A stretch of DNA of 62,037 nucleotides, filler included, from Nitrospinae bacterium RIFCSPLOWO2_12_FULL_45_22 (lineage in GTDB: Bacteria > 2-12-FULL-45-22), in the NCBI GenBank assembly GCA_001803565.1. It is 6 parts of 6 records of this genome, joined end to end, with 100 filler letters (N's around TTAATTAATTAA, not from the genome) between each part and the next. Parts side by side here need not be neighbours in the genome. Positions count along the whole stretch, not along the records: positions 38,538 to 44,160 come from MHDQ01000160.1; positions 44,261 to 56,400 come from MHDQ01000161.1; 4 more parts are not named here. The stretch is one strand, 5' to 3'. A program made the translations under genes and the position numbers. Under the pieces are notes generated by a model. It saw only the letters and a list, made by a program, of their open reading frames with translations, had not been told where the DNA came from and searched no databases. Below, one piece after another: positions 38,630-49,211 of this stretch. The first letter of the stretch is position 1. Each line of letters begins with the position of its first letter.

Positions 38630-38875
38630 AGGAAAGTAAGCAGTAACTTCCGTGCTAATAAACACTCCGGGAAGATGCGCTATTTCCAGCGCTCCCTGGA
38701 TGGTGTTATGATCCGTTATCGTCACATAGTCCATCCCCATCTTTTGGGCAGACTTATAGATAAATTCGGGAGATGTATAACTTTCGGGACAGTTAATTTT
38801 TTTGAGCGCCCAAATAGTGGGCTTATTGGAATACTTCGAGTGGACGTGAATATCTGATTTATAAATACGATTCAT
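38594..38875 (-). pseudogene. PHP-domain protein, truncated
   Basis: DIHVHSKYS, CPESYT, VTITDHNTI.G, EVTAYFP, then non-homologous tail and stop. Confidence 0.7.
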
Positions 38876-38884
38876 AGAAACCTC

Positions 38885-39451
38885 CTAATCAGACGCTTCG
38901 AAAATAATTAAAGGCGGCACATTAAACAGTTCAAAACCTGTGTGAATTTCTTCAAAATGTTGTTTTAAATATTTTTTTATACGCGGTGAAAACTGATACA
39001 CGATGAGCTTTCCTCCTTTCCTTAATACCCCCTTGCTATGAGCAATAATTTTGTGATTCAGTTCATGATCTGTGAAAGAAAAAGGAATTCCCAGGATTAC
39101 GTAATCAACAACGCCTATGCCAAGCTGCTTTACGATGCAAGGCAAGTTGATCGCATTATCATAAAATACGAAGACCCGTGCATCGTTAATATGGCGTCGT
39201 AAATATTCATAAAAGTCTCTATTGCTTTCTATCAGTATGAGTTTGGATCCCGGGGACATTTGATTCAAAATAGCGAATGAAAAAACCCCGCTCCCCGGCC
39301 CGCATTCCACGATGACATTGTCCCTGGTAAAATCTATTTTGCCGCATATTTTTCTCACAGCGAAGGACGAAGATGGAGTTACAGAAGCTATTTTCCTGTC
39401 TTTCCAATATGTCCTGATGTACTGAAAGGTTTGTCCGATATTTTTCATCAA
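38885..39451 (-). CDS. SAM-dependent methyltransferase (phospholipid N-methyltransferase-like)
   Basis: SVTPSS, VECGPGSGVF, GIPFS, YQFS, NVPP. Confidence 0.8.
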   Translation of the reverse strand: MMKNIGQTFQYIRTYWKDRKIASVTPSSSFAVRKICGKIDFTRDNVIVECGPGSGVFSFAILNQMSPGSKLILIESNRDFYEYLRRHINDARVFVFYDNAINLPCIVKQLGIGVVDYVILGIPFSFTDHELNHKIIAHSKGVLRKGGKLIVYQFSPRIKKYLKQHFEEIHTGFELFNVPPLIIFEASD

Positions 39452-39475
39452 TCCGATGAGGTGATATTTCGCCAG

Positions 39476-40528
39476 TTATACCCTGTCTTTATGAACATGA
39501 AAGGTGACGGTCGACCCGGTAACCGTACTCCGTCCGGTATACAGAAAGATGGCAAACCATAATCCAAGCGAAAAGAAAATTACCGCAGGGTTCCAGAGCG
39601 ATAATAATCCTGCCGTTATCCCGGCTTCCAGAGTCGAAGCGGACGGCAGGAATGGAATTATTCCCAATGAATAACCTATCGCAATAATTGCCATGATCTG
39701 GTAGGTGGAAATTTTTCCACCGCCTCTGTAATCCGCCCTCAATACCTCAGAAAAAGACCGCCATGCCTGCGTTACTATCATGGTCATAATAAAGGCGGTA
39801 ATATAATAAGACTTCAGGAAAAGGAATGTGCCAATGATACCCGTCGTGATGTATAATACGGCTGTAATTGCCTGGACCGGTATGACCTTCACACCATCCA
39901 AACCACTTTCATAAGCAATTTTTTTCGTCTTCCCTGAGAACATAAAACAATAATTATGAAACAGCTTTTGTATCAGATTGTGGCTGCGGGAAAGTGGTTT
40001 CCCATAGCAGCAGCCAAAACTAATGCATGCGAGACGCCCCATTCCTTCCCCGAAGGCGTAAGAAATAATGAAGGCGGCAAGCGCCGGTATTTGAGGGATA
40101 TAATAACCCGTCTTTGCTCCTACGGTCATGTTTATGAACGAGAGAACCCATGGCGCGATGAGAATTCCTAAAAAAGACGCGCCGCCAATGGTAAAGGTGT
40201 GTGATTTCTTTTCCACGACCCGAGCGATGAACCTTGATGCAGGAACACAAATGAGCAATATGGTTACTATCGTGGTGAAGATACCGATCAATGGAACCTT
40301 TATGGTTCCCATGAGGATGAGCATAATGGATATGGCAGCCACATAGGCATTGGCGGAAAACAAACCGTAATAGGTTAAATTGATGCCTTTCCAACGGCCT
40401 GATTCGTCTCTCGAAATTGGCATGGAGGCAATAATTTGCCACCCTTCACCGGGCAGAGTCTTAAACCCCCATCTTAAAAATAATAGAAAAAACACTGCGA
40501 GCGAGAAAATGAACAATCCATTCTGCAT
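39476..40528 (-). CDS. Prolipoprotein diacylglyceryl transferase (Lgt)-like membrane protein
   Basis: GEGMGRLACISFGCCYGKP, PVQ, SEVLRAD. Confidence 0.75.
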   Translation of the reverse strand: MQNGLFIFSLAVFFLLFLRWGFKTLPGEGWQIIASMPISRDESGRWKGINLTYYGLFSANAYVAAISIMLILMGTIKVPLIGIFTTIVTILLICVPASRFIARVVEKKSHTFTIGGASFLGILIAPWVLSFINMTVGAKTGYYIPQIPALAAFIISYAFGEGMGRLACISFGCCYGKPLSRSHNLIQKLFHNYCFMFSGKTKKIAYESGLDGVKVIPVQAITAVLYITTGIIGTFLFLKSYYITAFIMTMIVTQAWRSFSEVLRADYRGGGKISTYQIMAIIAIGYSLGIIPFLPSASTLEAGITAGLLSLWNPAVIFFSLGLWFAIFLYTGRSTVTGSTVTFHVHKDRV

Positions 40529-40590
40529 AAAATACTCCTCCGACTTGTTTATTTTTTAACGTGGTCTTACAATAATTCCCTTTATTGAAA

Positions 40591-40875
40591 TCATTTTCCT
40601 GAAAGGTGATAAAGCTTTGCTTTCAATGTGTTCAACGTGTTTATTTCTTCCAAGATATCGTTTAAGGGTTTTTCTAAAGACTCAGGACGGGAATCTTTGA
40701 GATAAACCATTTCTGCGACCGATTGAACTCTGTCAAATAGTACGCCAAGCGATTCTTGCATACCTCGTGATACAGAGGCAATAATTCCTTTGTAATCGTT
40801 AATAACCTTTTGAAATCCTTCCACATTTCTATTTAACTCCGATATTGCAGTTTTCAATTCAATGGGTTTTTGCAT
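40591..40875 (-). CDS. Small helical/coiled-coil hypothetical protein
   Basis: ATG 40875 after GGAG; 94 aa. Confidence 0.55.
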   Translation of the reverse strand: MQKPIELKTAISELNRNVEGFQKVINDYKGIIASVSRGMQESLGVLFDRVQSVAEMVYLKDSRPESLEKPLNDILEEINTLNTLKAKLYHLSGK

Positions 40876-40921
40876 AATTTTATCTCCGTCTCCACAAAAA
40901 TCTGAAGGGAAAAAACGCCCT

Positions 40922-41923
40922 CTACCGAATATCAACAATATGAGCAATGAGGGAGCGAACCGTAACCTCCGTCTCCACCAGCGGCATTCCAAAACCCTTA
41001 GAGAAGCGGCTTTCTACGCCCGGAGAGAACATATTTCGAATTAAATCTTCCGCAAATCTTACCCGTCCTTTTTGAAAGATAATCACAGTAGTGCTGCTGC
41101 CGGGACGATACAGGCTTTTGGGAAGGCCTTTCTTAAGAAACATGCCTGTGTTTACCGCCTTCGGGGCGTCATATTTTTCTTCACTATAGCGCTGAACGAC
41201 TTTACCGATCATCAGGGCGACAATTTCAATCATTGCCACAAAACCCGCCCTTGACCCGTTTGGAACGTCAGTGTCAATAATGGTAACCACTCTTTTATTC
41301 TTTGAATACGGAGACACCATAGTCACCACCGCTCCCGGATTACAGGCGTGGTAGTTGCCGTCTAATTCGTAAATATCAACAACTTTTCCTGCTACCGACG
41401 TATGGTTGTAATGATACTTCTCCGGTGTTAATCGGAATATCGCAAAATTTCCATCCAAAAAAGCGTTAAGCCATTGTCTCTTATCCAAACCGAAGAGCTC
41501 TTCGTAACTAAAAAACTTGTTTTTCAGGCGCAGGGCTGACGTCTCGTAAAATGAACCAAGAATGACCCGTGAATCCGAGGGAGAAACGATTGCGCGCGGA
41601 TCCTCCGGCATTGGGCGGCATTCCCAATAGCATATTTTCCTTTCGAATATTTTTTCGTACGTGTCCAGATTGTTTGGATCATCCACACACTCATCGGGAT
41701 TAATGCCGATTGACCGGAAAACAGCCCTTTTCCTCAGGATAGTATGGTAATTGAGGTATCCGAGCAAACTCGACCCCCAGGCGCTTGTGATTGTCCTGAA
41801 AATCGCCGGCGCATGTTCCCTGGCGTGGGAGTAAAGAAATTTGACGGCGGCATCCGCGTAAAGCCGTTCCGTGCAAACCCTGCCGCTATCTCGCTGGATA
41901 TACTGGTGTTTTATTGAAAACAT
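40922..41923 (-). CDS. Phosphatidylserine decarboxylase family proenzyme
   Basis: FERK, VSPSDSR, RLTPEKYHYNH, NKRVV, PGSST autocleavage-like site. Confidence 0.85.
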   Translation of the reverse strand: MFSIKHQYIQRDSGRVCTERLYADAAVKFLYSHAREHAPAIFRTITSAWGSSLLGYLNYHTILRKRAVFRSIGINPDECVDDPNNLDTYEKIFERKICYWECRPMPEDPRAIVSPSDSRVILGSFYETSALRLKNKFFSYEELFGLDKRQWLNAFLDGNFAIFRLTPEKYHYNHTSVAGKVVDIYELDGNYHACNPGAVVTMVSPYSKNKRVVTIIDTDVPNGSRAGFVAMIEIVALMIGKVVQRYSEEKYDAPKAVNTGMFLKKGLPKSLYRPGSSTTVIIFQKGRVRFAEDLIRNMFSPGVESRFSKGFGMPLVETEVTVRSLIAHIVDIR

Positions 41924-44160
41924 CTCCCTTTGTTTGCTCCATAAGTGTTTTGGATTGTTTGGTATCGTAGTCTAAGATAATCAGTATAAGATAAATAAGC
42001 TTCCTTAAATCATCTTCCGGCACGATTTCCGCTGCCACATCATTTTTGATAGCATCAAGATATTCCAGCGGATTCTTATCCTTGAGAATCTTGTGAATTG
42101 ACTCTTTATACACTTCGTTATCTATACCCATACGGGCGCTATACAATTCAGCGAGCCCCTTTTCTAAAATTTGGAAAGCCTCAAGTAAATGAAATTTCTT
42201 TAGGCGGTTACGATAATACCTCTCCGCAGCCTGATTAAACTCATCGGCTTGCACATTCATGGGAGATTTAACACCCAGTTCATCAAGAATTTCCCGGGTT
42301 AATTTTCCAACTACAGAGTATTTATCCGGATTGTCCAGCCTCTGTTGTAAATCTTCCATGGTTTCCTTCACGTTTAACATTTCTATCAGGTCAGCCGCAT
42401 CATTCTGGAGAACTTTCATCAATGCCTTGCAATATTCGGTATTATATATCCGCAAATATCCGGGATATCTGCGGCTGGGGCGCACCCTTTTTATCTGTTC
42501 CACAATCTTTCTCAGAAATAAATTACCGGTATCTTTGCGAATGAAAAACGTGGGGATTCCGATGGCCGCTCCAAAAAATATCTGCCGGCGTTCGCTTTCC
42601 ACGATGGGTTCGTCTGGTATATGCCGGTGGGTAAGCTTACCCTCTACGATATATTTGAATGCCAATGCATTCAGGAGCATTTGTAGATCAACAGCCCTGC
42701 CCATGTCTGCCTCAAGACTCGAAAAAAGACTGTAGTACCGCCCTTCAAAACCTGAAAAACCCATAGCTTCAAATTCTCTTAATCTGTACAAGAGGTAAGG
42801 CGGCATCCTGGTATCGAATATCCCAAGATCGGAAAGGTCTTTCTTTAGTCTTGTACCGTTACCGGCCATTCCATTTAATGCCGGGCTCTGATCCGTGCTT
42901 AACAGCGCCACAAAGTAATCAATCAAACGAAAGTCGGGGACAAAATCTCCTTTCAACTGAAAGACCGTGCTAATCAATTTATCAAGCCATATTGGTCCAA
43001 ATGGCGTAATCGGGCCACCAAGAAATTTCAGGTTGGCTTTTTTCTTCCATCTTCGCCAGATCATACGCAAATGAGTATAATCGAGTTCATGAGGAAGGAA
43101 TCCTAAGGCCTTTTCCGGTCGAAAATCAGTAAAATCCAGCCGGTACGGGGCTGCGCTATAGGTTCCAACAAAAAGCGGCAGAAAATGTTCAACCATTTTA
43201 ATAACCAGGTCGCCGAGATATTTTTCATGCGCCTTGGTAAATCCGGAAGATTTATCCTGAAGATAATTAGATAATTTTATACTGCCTAAACTTATGTGCG
43301 TCCCGTTGTTTGCAAGACTGATATTTGACGTGTTGGGCAACACCACGAGGTTATTGGTGATAATATCGGCCTCTCTCAGCTTTGCCACTGCGTTCAATTG
43401 GCTGCGGCTCAAGACCTGATGACACAGATGCATATAATTGTATTTAGCCTCTCCTATATCCCAGCCTGAGAGACATGGATTTATAAACAATTCCCGGTAA
43501 AAGGAGTCTGAAATAATCTCATTGAGCTTCTTCTGTCGTATAGGCGGGTGCGTCGAGAAATAAACCTTCACCGCTTGACCCCTTGCCCTGAGCAGAAACT
43601 TCTCATTGGCATACATTGCCAATAGTTGTGTTAGCAGGTATCTCTTTGATGTTTCTCTTGCTATTGCCTTGCCCATGCCTGTTTCTTGCCGTAAAGGAGT
43701 TACATGAAACGAAAAGGTTTCAGGCGAAGTATTATCATTAAGAAAATGATGCATGACTCTTTCCCCGGACTGTCGAGCTATATCAGGAATAGCGCTTTGC
43801 GAGCCAATGACGTCTGCAAGGGAAAGTTTGAGAAGATAGCTGGCCGGGATACGGACAAACTCCTCGCCATTTTCGTAAAAAATGAACTTGTGAATATCCG
43901 CCCTTGGCTCACTGTAAGGGTCTTTTTTATCAGAGCGTAGATCACCGTTGAATACGGCGCTGGCAAATTGGCACAAAGCCCTGCGTGGAAATTTCACCCA
44001 GCTATTTTCCCAGACATTTTCTGTATTGTCGTTGAGGAATTTTTCAATATCCGTAATAACCGTTTTCGGCGCGTCTCCTGCAGCGGCACGTTTTATAATA
44101 TTTCTAAAATAATTAGATTGCTCTATCGTTATCGGAAGATCAACGTTGTGTTTCTTCCCT
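41886..44160 (-). CDS. Large conserved hypothetical protein, possibly carboxylate-amine ligase fold (N-terminus off contig)
   Basis: Frame open to the linker; NNGTHISLG and GFEGR motifs. Confidence 0.7.
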
Positions 44161-44260
44161 NNNNNNNNNNNNNNNNNNNNNNNNNNNNNNNNNNNNNNNN
44201 NNNNTTAATTAATTAANNNNNNNNNNNNNNNNNNNNNNNNNNNNNNNNNNNNNNNNNNNN
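44161..44260. other. Artificial contig linker
   Basis: N-TTAATTAATTAA-N. Confidence 0.97.
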
Positions 44261-45441
44261 CCCCGGGTCTCCAGGATAGCCCGCTCACCATTTGTCTTTA
44301 CTATCTCAATTTCAAGACTGGCCTGGGTAGTCTCTCCCTGGAGCAACTGTTGCATGACCCTCTCGATCTTAATGAGTTCCTCGGGCTTATCGGGAGGGAG
44401 AATATCCCTTATATGTATCCTATCGTTTAAACCATAACCAGTGAATTCGCGGGCCGCGAGATTAGCCTCTATGAAATTTCCTTCTAAATCAAACAGATAA
44501 ATTAAATCATTGGCATAGGTGAAGATATGCTGGTATTTTTCTTTGGTACGGGCAAGCCTTTGCTGGAATAGGGTCCGCTCGGTAGCGATACCCATCTGGC
44601 TAGTAATGGTTTCCAGGAAAGGCAGTATCTCGGGTTTAAAATAGTTATACTCCCGGCTGGCCAGGGCTAAAAATCCTAAAAGGCTTCTTTCCCGCGATTT
44701 TATCGGCACATAGACCGCTGATTTCACCCCTTCCCGCAAAAGCTTCTTTCGGGGGAGCCTGGGGTCTTGCTCGAAATTTTCTATAACAAGGGAATTACCT
44801 TGACAAAGAGTGGTATAGAGGGGCGAATCTGCTATATTAAACGGCGAATACTTCTCCTCGGTAATATAATTGGCGGAAAGACCCCTGCCAACTATCAGCG
44901 GGGCAGTCCTGGCTCTAGGATCGAAAGAGCGGATATGCCCTATGGGTACTCCCAGGAACTCGCAGAGTCTATCCAGGCACGCCCCTGCCATCTCTTCTGG
45001 CCCCAGCGGCTGATTAAGGATGGTGGTAATTTCATACAAGACCTGGGCCTGCCATCTTTCTTGCTTTAATTGTTCTTCCAGACGGACCTTCTCGGTAATA
45101 TCCCGGCAGACACTCTGGATGGCTACAATCCTATTATCTTGAGCTATAGGGACGGCCTTGACCTCCAGGATGGCTATCCTCCCATTGGCCTTAATAAAAG
45201 ATAGAGGGACTGTTACTTCTCTATTGAACCTGATATGGCTCTGGAAAAGCCGCTGGACTGTTTGCCAGCTCTCGGCAGTCAGGAACTTGCTGAGATGCTG
45301 GCCAATAAGCATATCTACCTCGTAACCCAGAATCTTTTCTATTGCTCGATTCACATAGAGAAAATTTCCGGTTACATCTAAGGAAAAGACCAGATCGCTT
45401 ATCTGGTCTAATGAAATCTGATAGTCAATCTGATACAACAT
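44261..45441 (-). CDS. PAS-GAF-PAS sensor protein (C-terminus off contig)
   Basis: YVN..LGY..LIG, RDITE, GAF SAVYVPIKS..LGFL, second PAS. Confidence 0.85.
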
Positions 45442-45498
45442 ATCCTCTTATCCCAAGGGCCATTATTTTTTACTTTGCCAATGTTACATTTCCGGGTA

Positions 45499-45632
45499 GC
45501 AAATTCTAAATCCTAAGCACCAAACCCTAAACAATATCAAAGACCTAAATCCAAATCTTAAAACCACTTTTCATTTCGAATTTTGGTCATTTGAATTTGT
45601 TTAGGACTTAGGGTTTAGGATTTAGGATTTAA
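45499..45632. repeat. Palindromic AAATCCT-heptad repeat element
   Basis: AAATTCTAAATCCTAAGCAC...TTTAGGATTTAGGATTTA; inverted copy at 60194-60318. Confidence 0.8.
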
Positions 45633-45710
45633 ATTTAGCCCTGTCTAATTACTTATCGGCATTCCTTCTAAACCCTTAAGATACCCTTTGGCTTTTTTCC
45701 CCGGACCTAT

Positions 45711-46856
45711 CTAGAGCCCCATATGTCGGGCAATAATCAGGCGCTGCATCTGGGAAGTACCAGCGCTGACGGTAGTGATCTTAGCATCCCGGAAATAACG
45801 CTGCATATCGTATTCCATACAATAGCCATACCCACCCATAATTTGCATCCCTTGCGTAGCAACCTCCATAAGGGTTTCTGAAGAAAACAGTTTAGCCATA
45901 GAAACCTCTTTGCTGGCAGGTAGCCCCTGATCAAGCATCCAGGCAGCCCGGTAGACCATGAGCCGGGCGGCCTCTACCTTGGTTTGCATATCGGCCAGCA
46001 TATGCGAGATAGCCTGGAATTTCCCTATGGGCTTCCCAAATTGGACCCTCTCTTTGGCATAGGCCAGGGCATCATTCACTACGCTCTGGGCCTGGCCCAC
46101 ATAAGCAGAAGAGGCTACTATCCTCTCTTTGTCTAGATTGCCCAGAATAACCTCCCAGCCCTCGTTCAATTTGCCTAGCATCTTATTTTTGGATATTCGG
46201 ACATTATCCAGGTTAAGAGAAAAAGTACCCATAGTCCTCCGGCCAAGGGTCTCGATCCGCCGCATAGTTAGACCCGGAGTATCATTCTCTACCAGGAATA
46301 CTGAGATACCTTTTTGTCTTGGTTGGGCATGTTTATCCGTACGGGTGGCCATAGTGATAATAGTATTTTTTGCCTCGGCCCCAGAACAAAACATCTTCTC
46401 ACCGTTAATAATAAAATCATCCCCATCAGGTACGGCGGAGATGCTTATGGCCGCGGCATCAGAGCCGGCTGCCGGTTCGCTAATAGAAATAGCCAGTCGG
46501 ATCTCCCCCCGGACAATCCTGGGAACATAGTAATCCTTTTGCTCTTCGGTGCCATGTTTAAGGATATTAAGCCCGCAAAACATAGTAGTAACATATCCAC
46601 CCGCAATATCATAGACATACTTAGCAAATGCCTCGGTCGTTAAAATAAGCTCCATTATGCCGCAGTTATTACCACCGTATTTTTCTGGAAAGGGCAAACC
46701 GAACCAACCTTGCCGAGCTATCTTTTCATAAAAATCATAAGGGAATTGCTTATTCTCATCATATTGCCTGGCTACCTCCCGGGGGCACTCCTTTTCTACA
46801 AAGCTTACCACGGTCTTTCGGAACATCTCCTGCTCATCCGTCAGACTAAAATCCAT
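45711..46856 (-). CDS. Acyl-CoA dehydrogenase
   Basis: SEPAAGSD, INGEKMF, RVQFGKPIGKFQ, QIMGGYG, GTSQMQ. Confidence 0.95.
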   Translation of the reverse strand: MDFSLTDEQEMFRKTVVSFVEKECPREVARQYDENKQFPYDFYEKIARQGWFGLPFPEKYGGNNCGIMELILTTEAFAKYVYDIAGGYVTTMFCGLNILKHGTEEQKDYYVPRIVRGEIRLAISISEPAAGSDAAAISISAVPDGDDFIINGEKMFCSGAEAKNTIITMATRTDKHAQPRQKGISVFLVENDTPGLTMRRIETLGRRTMGTFSLNLDNVRISKNKMLGKLNEGWEVILGNLDKERIVASSAYVGQAQSVVNDALAYAKERVQFGKPIGKFQAISHMLADMQTKVEAARLMVYRAAWMLDQGLPASKEVSMAKLFSSETLMEVATQGMQIMGGYGYCMEYDMQRYFRDAKITTVSAGTSQMQRLIIARHMGL

Positions 46857-46984
46857 CTCCTCTCTCCCTTATCAAGCAAGATTCTTTTATCCTGAAACCC
46901 GCATTCCGTCCTCTTATCGCTAAAACAGGACCTAGAACTAATGACTTAAACAGAAATGGGACGTTACAATATTTTCGTGGAAGC

Positions 46985-47014
46985 ATTATATGCAGCCCAT
47001 CTCATTATTGTCAA
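46985..47014 (-). promoter_or_regulatory. Consensus sigma70 promoter
   Basis: TTGACA-N18-TATAAT upstream of the minus-strand acyl-CoA dehydrogenase. Confidence 0.7.
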
Positions 47015-47488
47015 GGGATATTGACAATTGAACTTTCCCCAAAATTTTATCCCTGGAAGGGTAAATTAACGTATGGTAGATGGTTTTAGAAGACCTCACT
47101 TCCCACTCCTTACGATGTATGTATCTTTGTGCCCTCTGCAAGCTCGACGTCTCGGTGGTTACACCAGATATTATAGAATTACCCGCATAATTGCCCTTAG
47201 TGCTCTACTCCATAATTACGGTGACGTATTTGAGAGAAAGTGCTTATGATAAGGAAACCAGGAATACAGGAGAGATTAATTTCCTGGCCTCTTGGCTTCC
47301 TAATAAAAAAGAAGGCAAAAAATAGGCATAATACGTAACTGTATTTATGAAATGAAGCCCTTAGTGATAAAATTTTGGAGGATGTTCAGTCGAGATGGTG
47401 GGTTGTTCTGGGGGCGTAATATTAGTATAATCATAGTGATAGTTATTTCGGAATTATTATAACCGAATAGCAAGAGGAGGCGGGAGGG

Positions 47489-48661
47489 ATGGAATTTGGG
47501 TTTACTAAGGAGCAGGAGCAATTGAGAGAGGGAGTACGGAGTTTCTTGGAGCAGGAGCTAGCCGCAGAAAGCTTTGCCGCCCGCAGTAACCAGTGGGTAG
47601 AGGGGTTCTCCCAGGAATTCTCTCGTAAGGTAGCCCAGCGGGGATGGATAGGGATGACCTGGCCCAGGGAGTATAGTGGACAGGGCCGTAGCTATATTGA
47701 CCGGGCAATACTCATGGAGGAGATGCTCCGCTACCAGGCGCCTATTGGTTACCATTTTCTGGGGGATCGCCAGGTAGGCCCCTCGCTTATGCATTTCGGT
47801 AGCGATGAACTGAAGAAGGAGTTCCTGCCCAGGATAATCAATGCCAGCGTCTCTTTCTGCCTGGGCTTTAGTGAGCCCGATGCCGGTTCTGACCTGGTAG
47901 CGGTTAGGACTAATGCCCGGGAAGAAGGCGATTATTATGTCATTAATGGCCAGAAGGTATGGACCAGCCTGGCCCATAAGGCCGATTATATCTGGATACT
48001 GGCCCGTACCGACCCCGAGGCGCCCAAGCATAAAGCCCTGAGCGAGCTGATTATTGACCTGAAGAGCCCGGGGATTACTATCCGACCAATAATAAATATG
48101 GCCGGAGCCCACTCTTTTAATGAAGTATTTTTTGAAGAAGTGAAAACACCCAGGACTTATCTGGTAGGGGGGAAGAACCGGGGGTTTTATCAGATTATGA
48201 CCCAGGTGGACTATGAAAGGGCTGGCCTGGAGCGGCTCATGCAGAACTACCCCTTATTTGAAAAGATTATTAAGTTCCTAAGGGAGGATAAGGGCGAAGG
48301 CGCCCGGCTCCGTAAAGACCCGATCATAAGGGACAGTATTGGCCGGTTAGAGGTGGAGTATCAGACCGGGAGGCTATTCTGCTATTATGTAGCCTGGGTC
48401 TTGGATCAAGGCCGGATACCTAACTATGAAGCGGCCCTGTGTAAGGCATATTGTACCCAGTTCGAGCAGCGCTTAAATGATATTGCTACCCGCATATTAG
48501 GGTTATATGGCCAGCTCTTACCCGGTTCAAAATGGGCACCCATAAATGGTGAAGCCCCTGAGTCCTATCTCTTCGGCCCCTCTTATACTTTACAGGGTGG
48601 CACTGTGGAGATCCTAAAGAATATTGTGGCTACCCGCGGGCTGGGACTCCCCACCTCATAA
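47489..48661 (+). CDS. Acyl-CoA dehydrogenase (FadE26/FadE29-like subgroup)
   Basis: FCLGFSEPDAGSDL, INGQKVWTS, FNEVFF, GGTVEI. Confidence 0.93.
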   Translation: MEFGFTKEQEQLREGVRSFLEQELAAESFAARSNQWVEGFSQEFSRKVAQRGWIGMTWPREYSGQGRSYIDRAILMEEMLRYQAPIGYHFLGDRQVGPSLMHFGSDELKKEFLPRIINASVSFCLGFSEPDAGSDLVAVRTNAREEGDYYVINGQKVWTSLAHKADYIWILARTDPEAPKHKALSELIIDLKSPGITIRPIINMAGAHSFNEVFFEEVKTPRTYLVGGKNRGFYQIMTQVDYERAGLERLMQNYPLFEKIIKFLREDKGEGARLRKDPIIRDSIGRLEVEYQTGRLFCYYVAWVLDQGRIPNYEAALCKAYCTQFEQRLNDIATRILGLYGQLLPGSKWAPINGEAPESYLFGPSYTLQGGTVEILKNIVATRGLGLPTS

Positions 48662-49211
48662 ATTGGGATTGGTTTAATAAACCCTAACAGTTAGGTAGCC
48701 ATTACTCAAAATTTATTACTTGACAACTTTCTCATTTTGGGTTAAGAAAGAATAAAAATTTAGTATTTTTATTCTTTTGTAGACCAATAACCAATTCCGG
48801 GAGTCTAAAAACCCTTATCCCCATTTTGCTAAAACTTCTCTTAGTTAATAAGGTTACCAAAAATTTTTATTGCTTAAATTTAGGATTTAGTGTATATTGA
48901 ATCGGTAGCGATTACTTACCGCATTTGGGAAGACATTTTCTATCCCTCATCAAATAAACCTTGGTAAAAACTCAATAGAAATAACCACAATTCCTCTTTT
49001 AGCCCTTAATATTTCTTGCGAGATTGCCGAAAAATCCTTTTGTGGTGTGAGAAGATAAGAAGATAATTGGTAGGAACATTCAACCCTTAGCTTCGACTCA
49101 AGAATAAAATTACCTCCGTTCATCTAATAATGCCAATAAGAGTAAAGGCTCAGGCAAATCTTTAGAGCGGCAACCCATTACCAACCTTCTGTTAAAAGTA
49201 AAGGAGACAAG

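Noticed and set aside
48662-49211. Structured ncRNA in the long AT-rich region upstream of rho
   Set aside because: Only promoter-like hexamers seen; no recognisable tRNA, riboswitch or stable fold by eye
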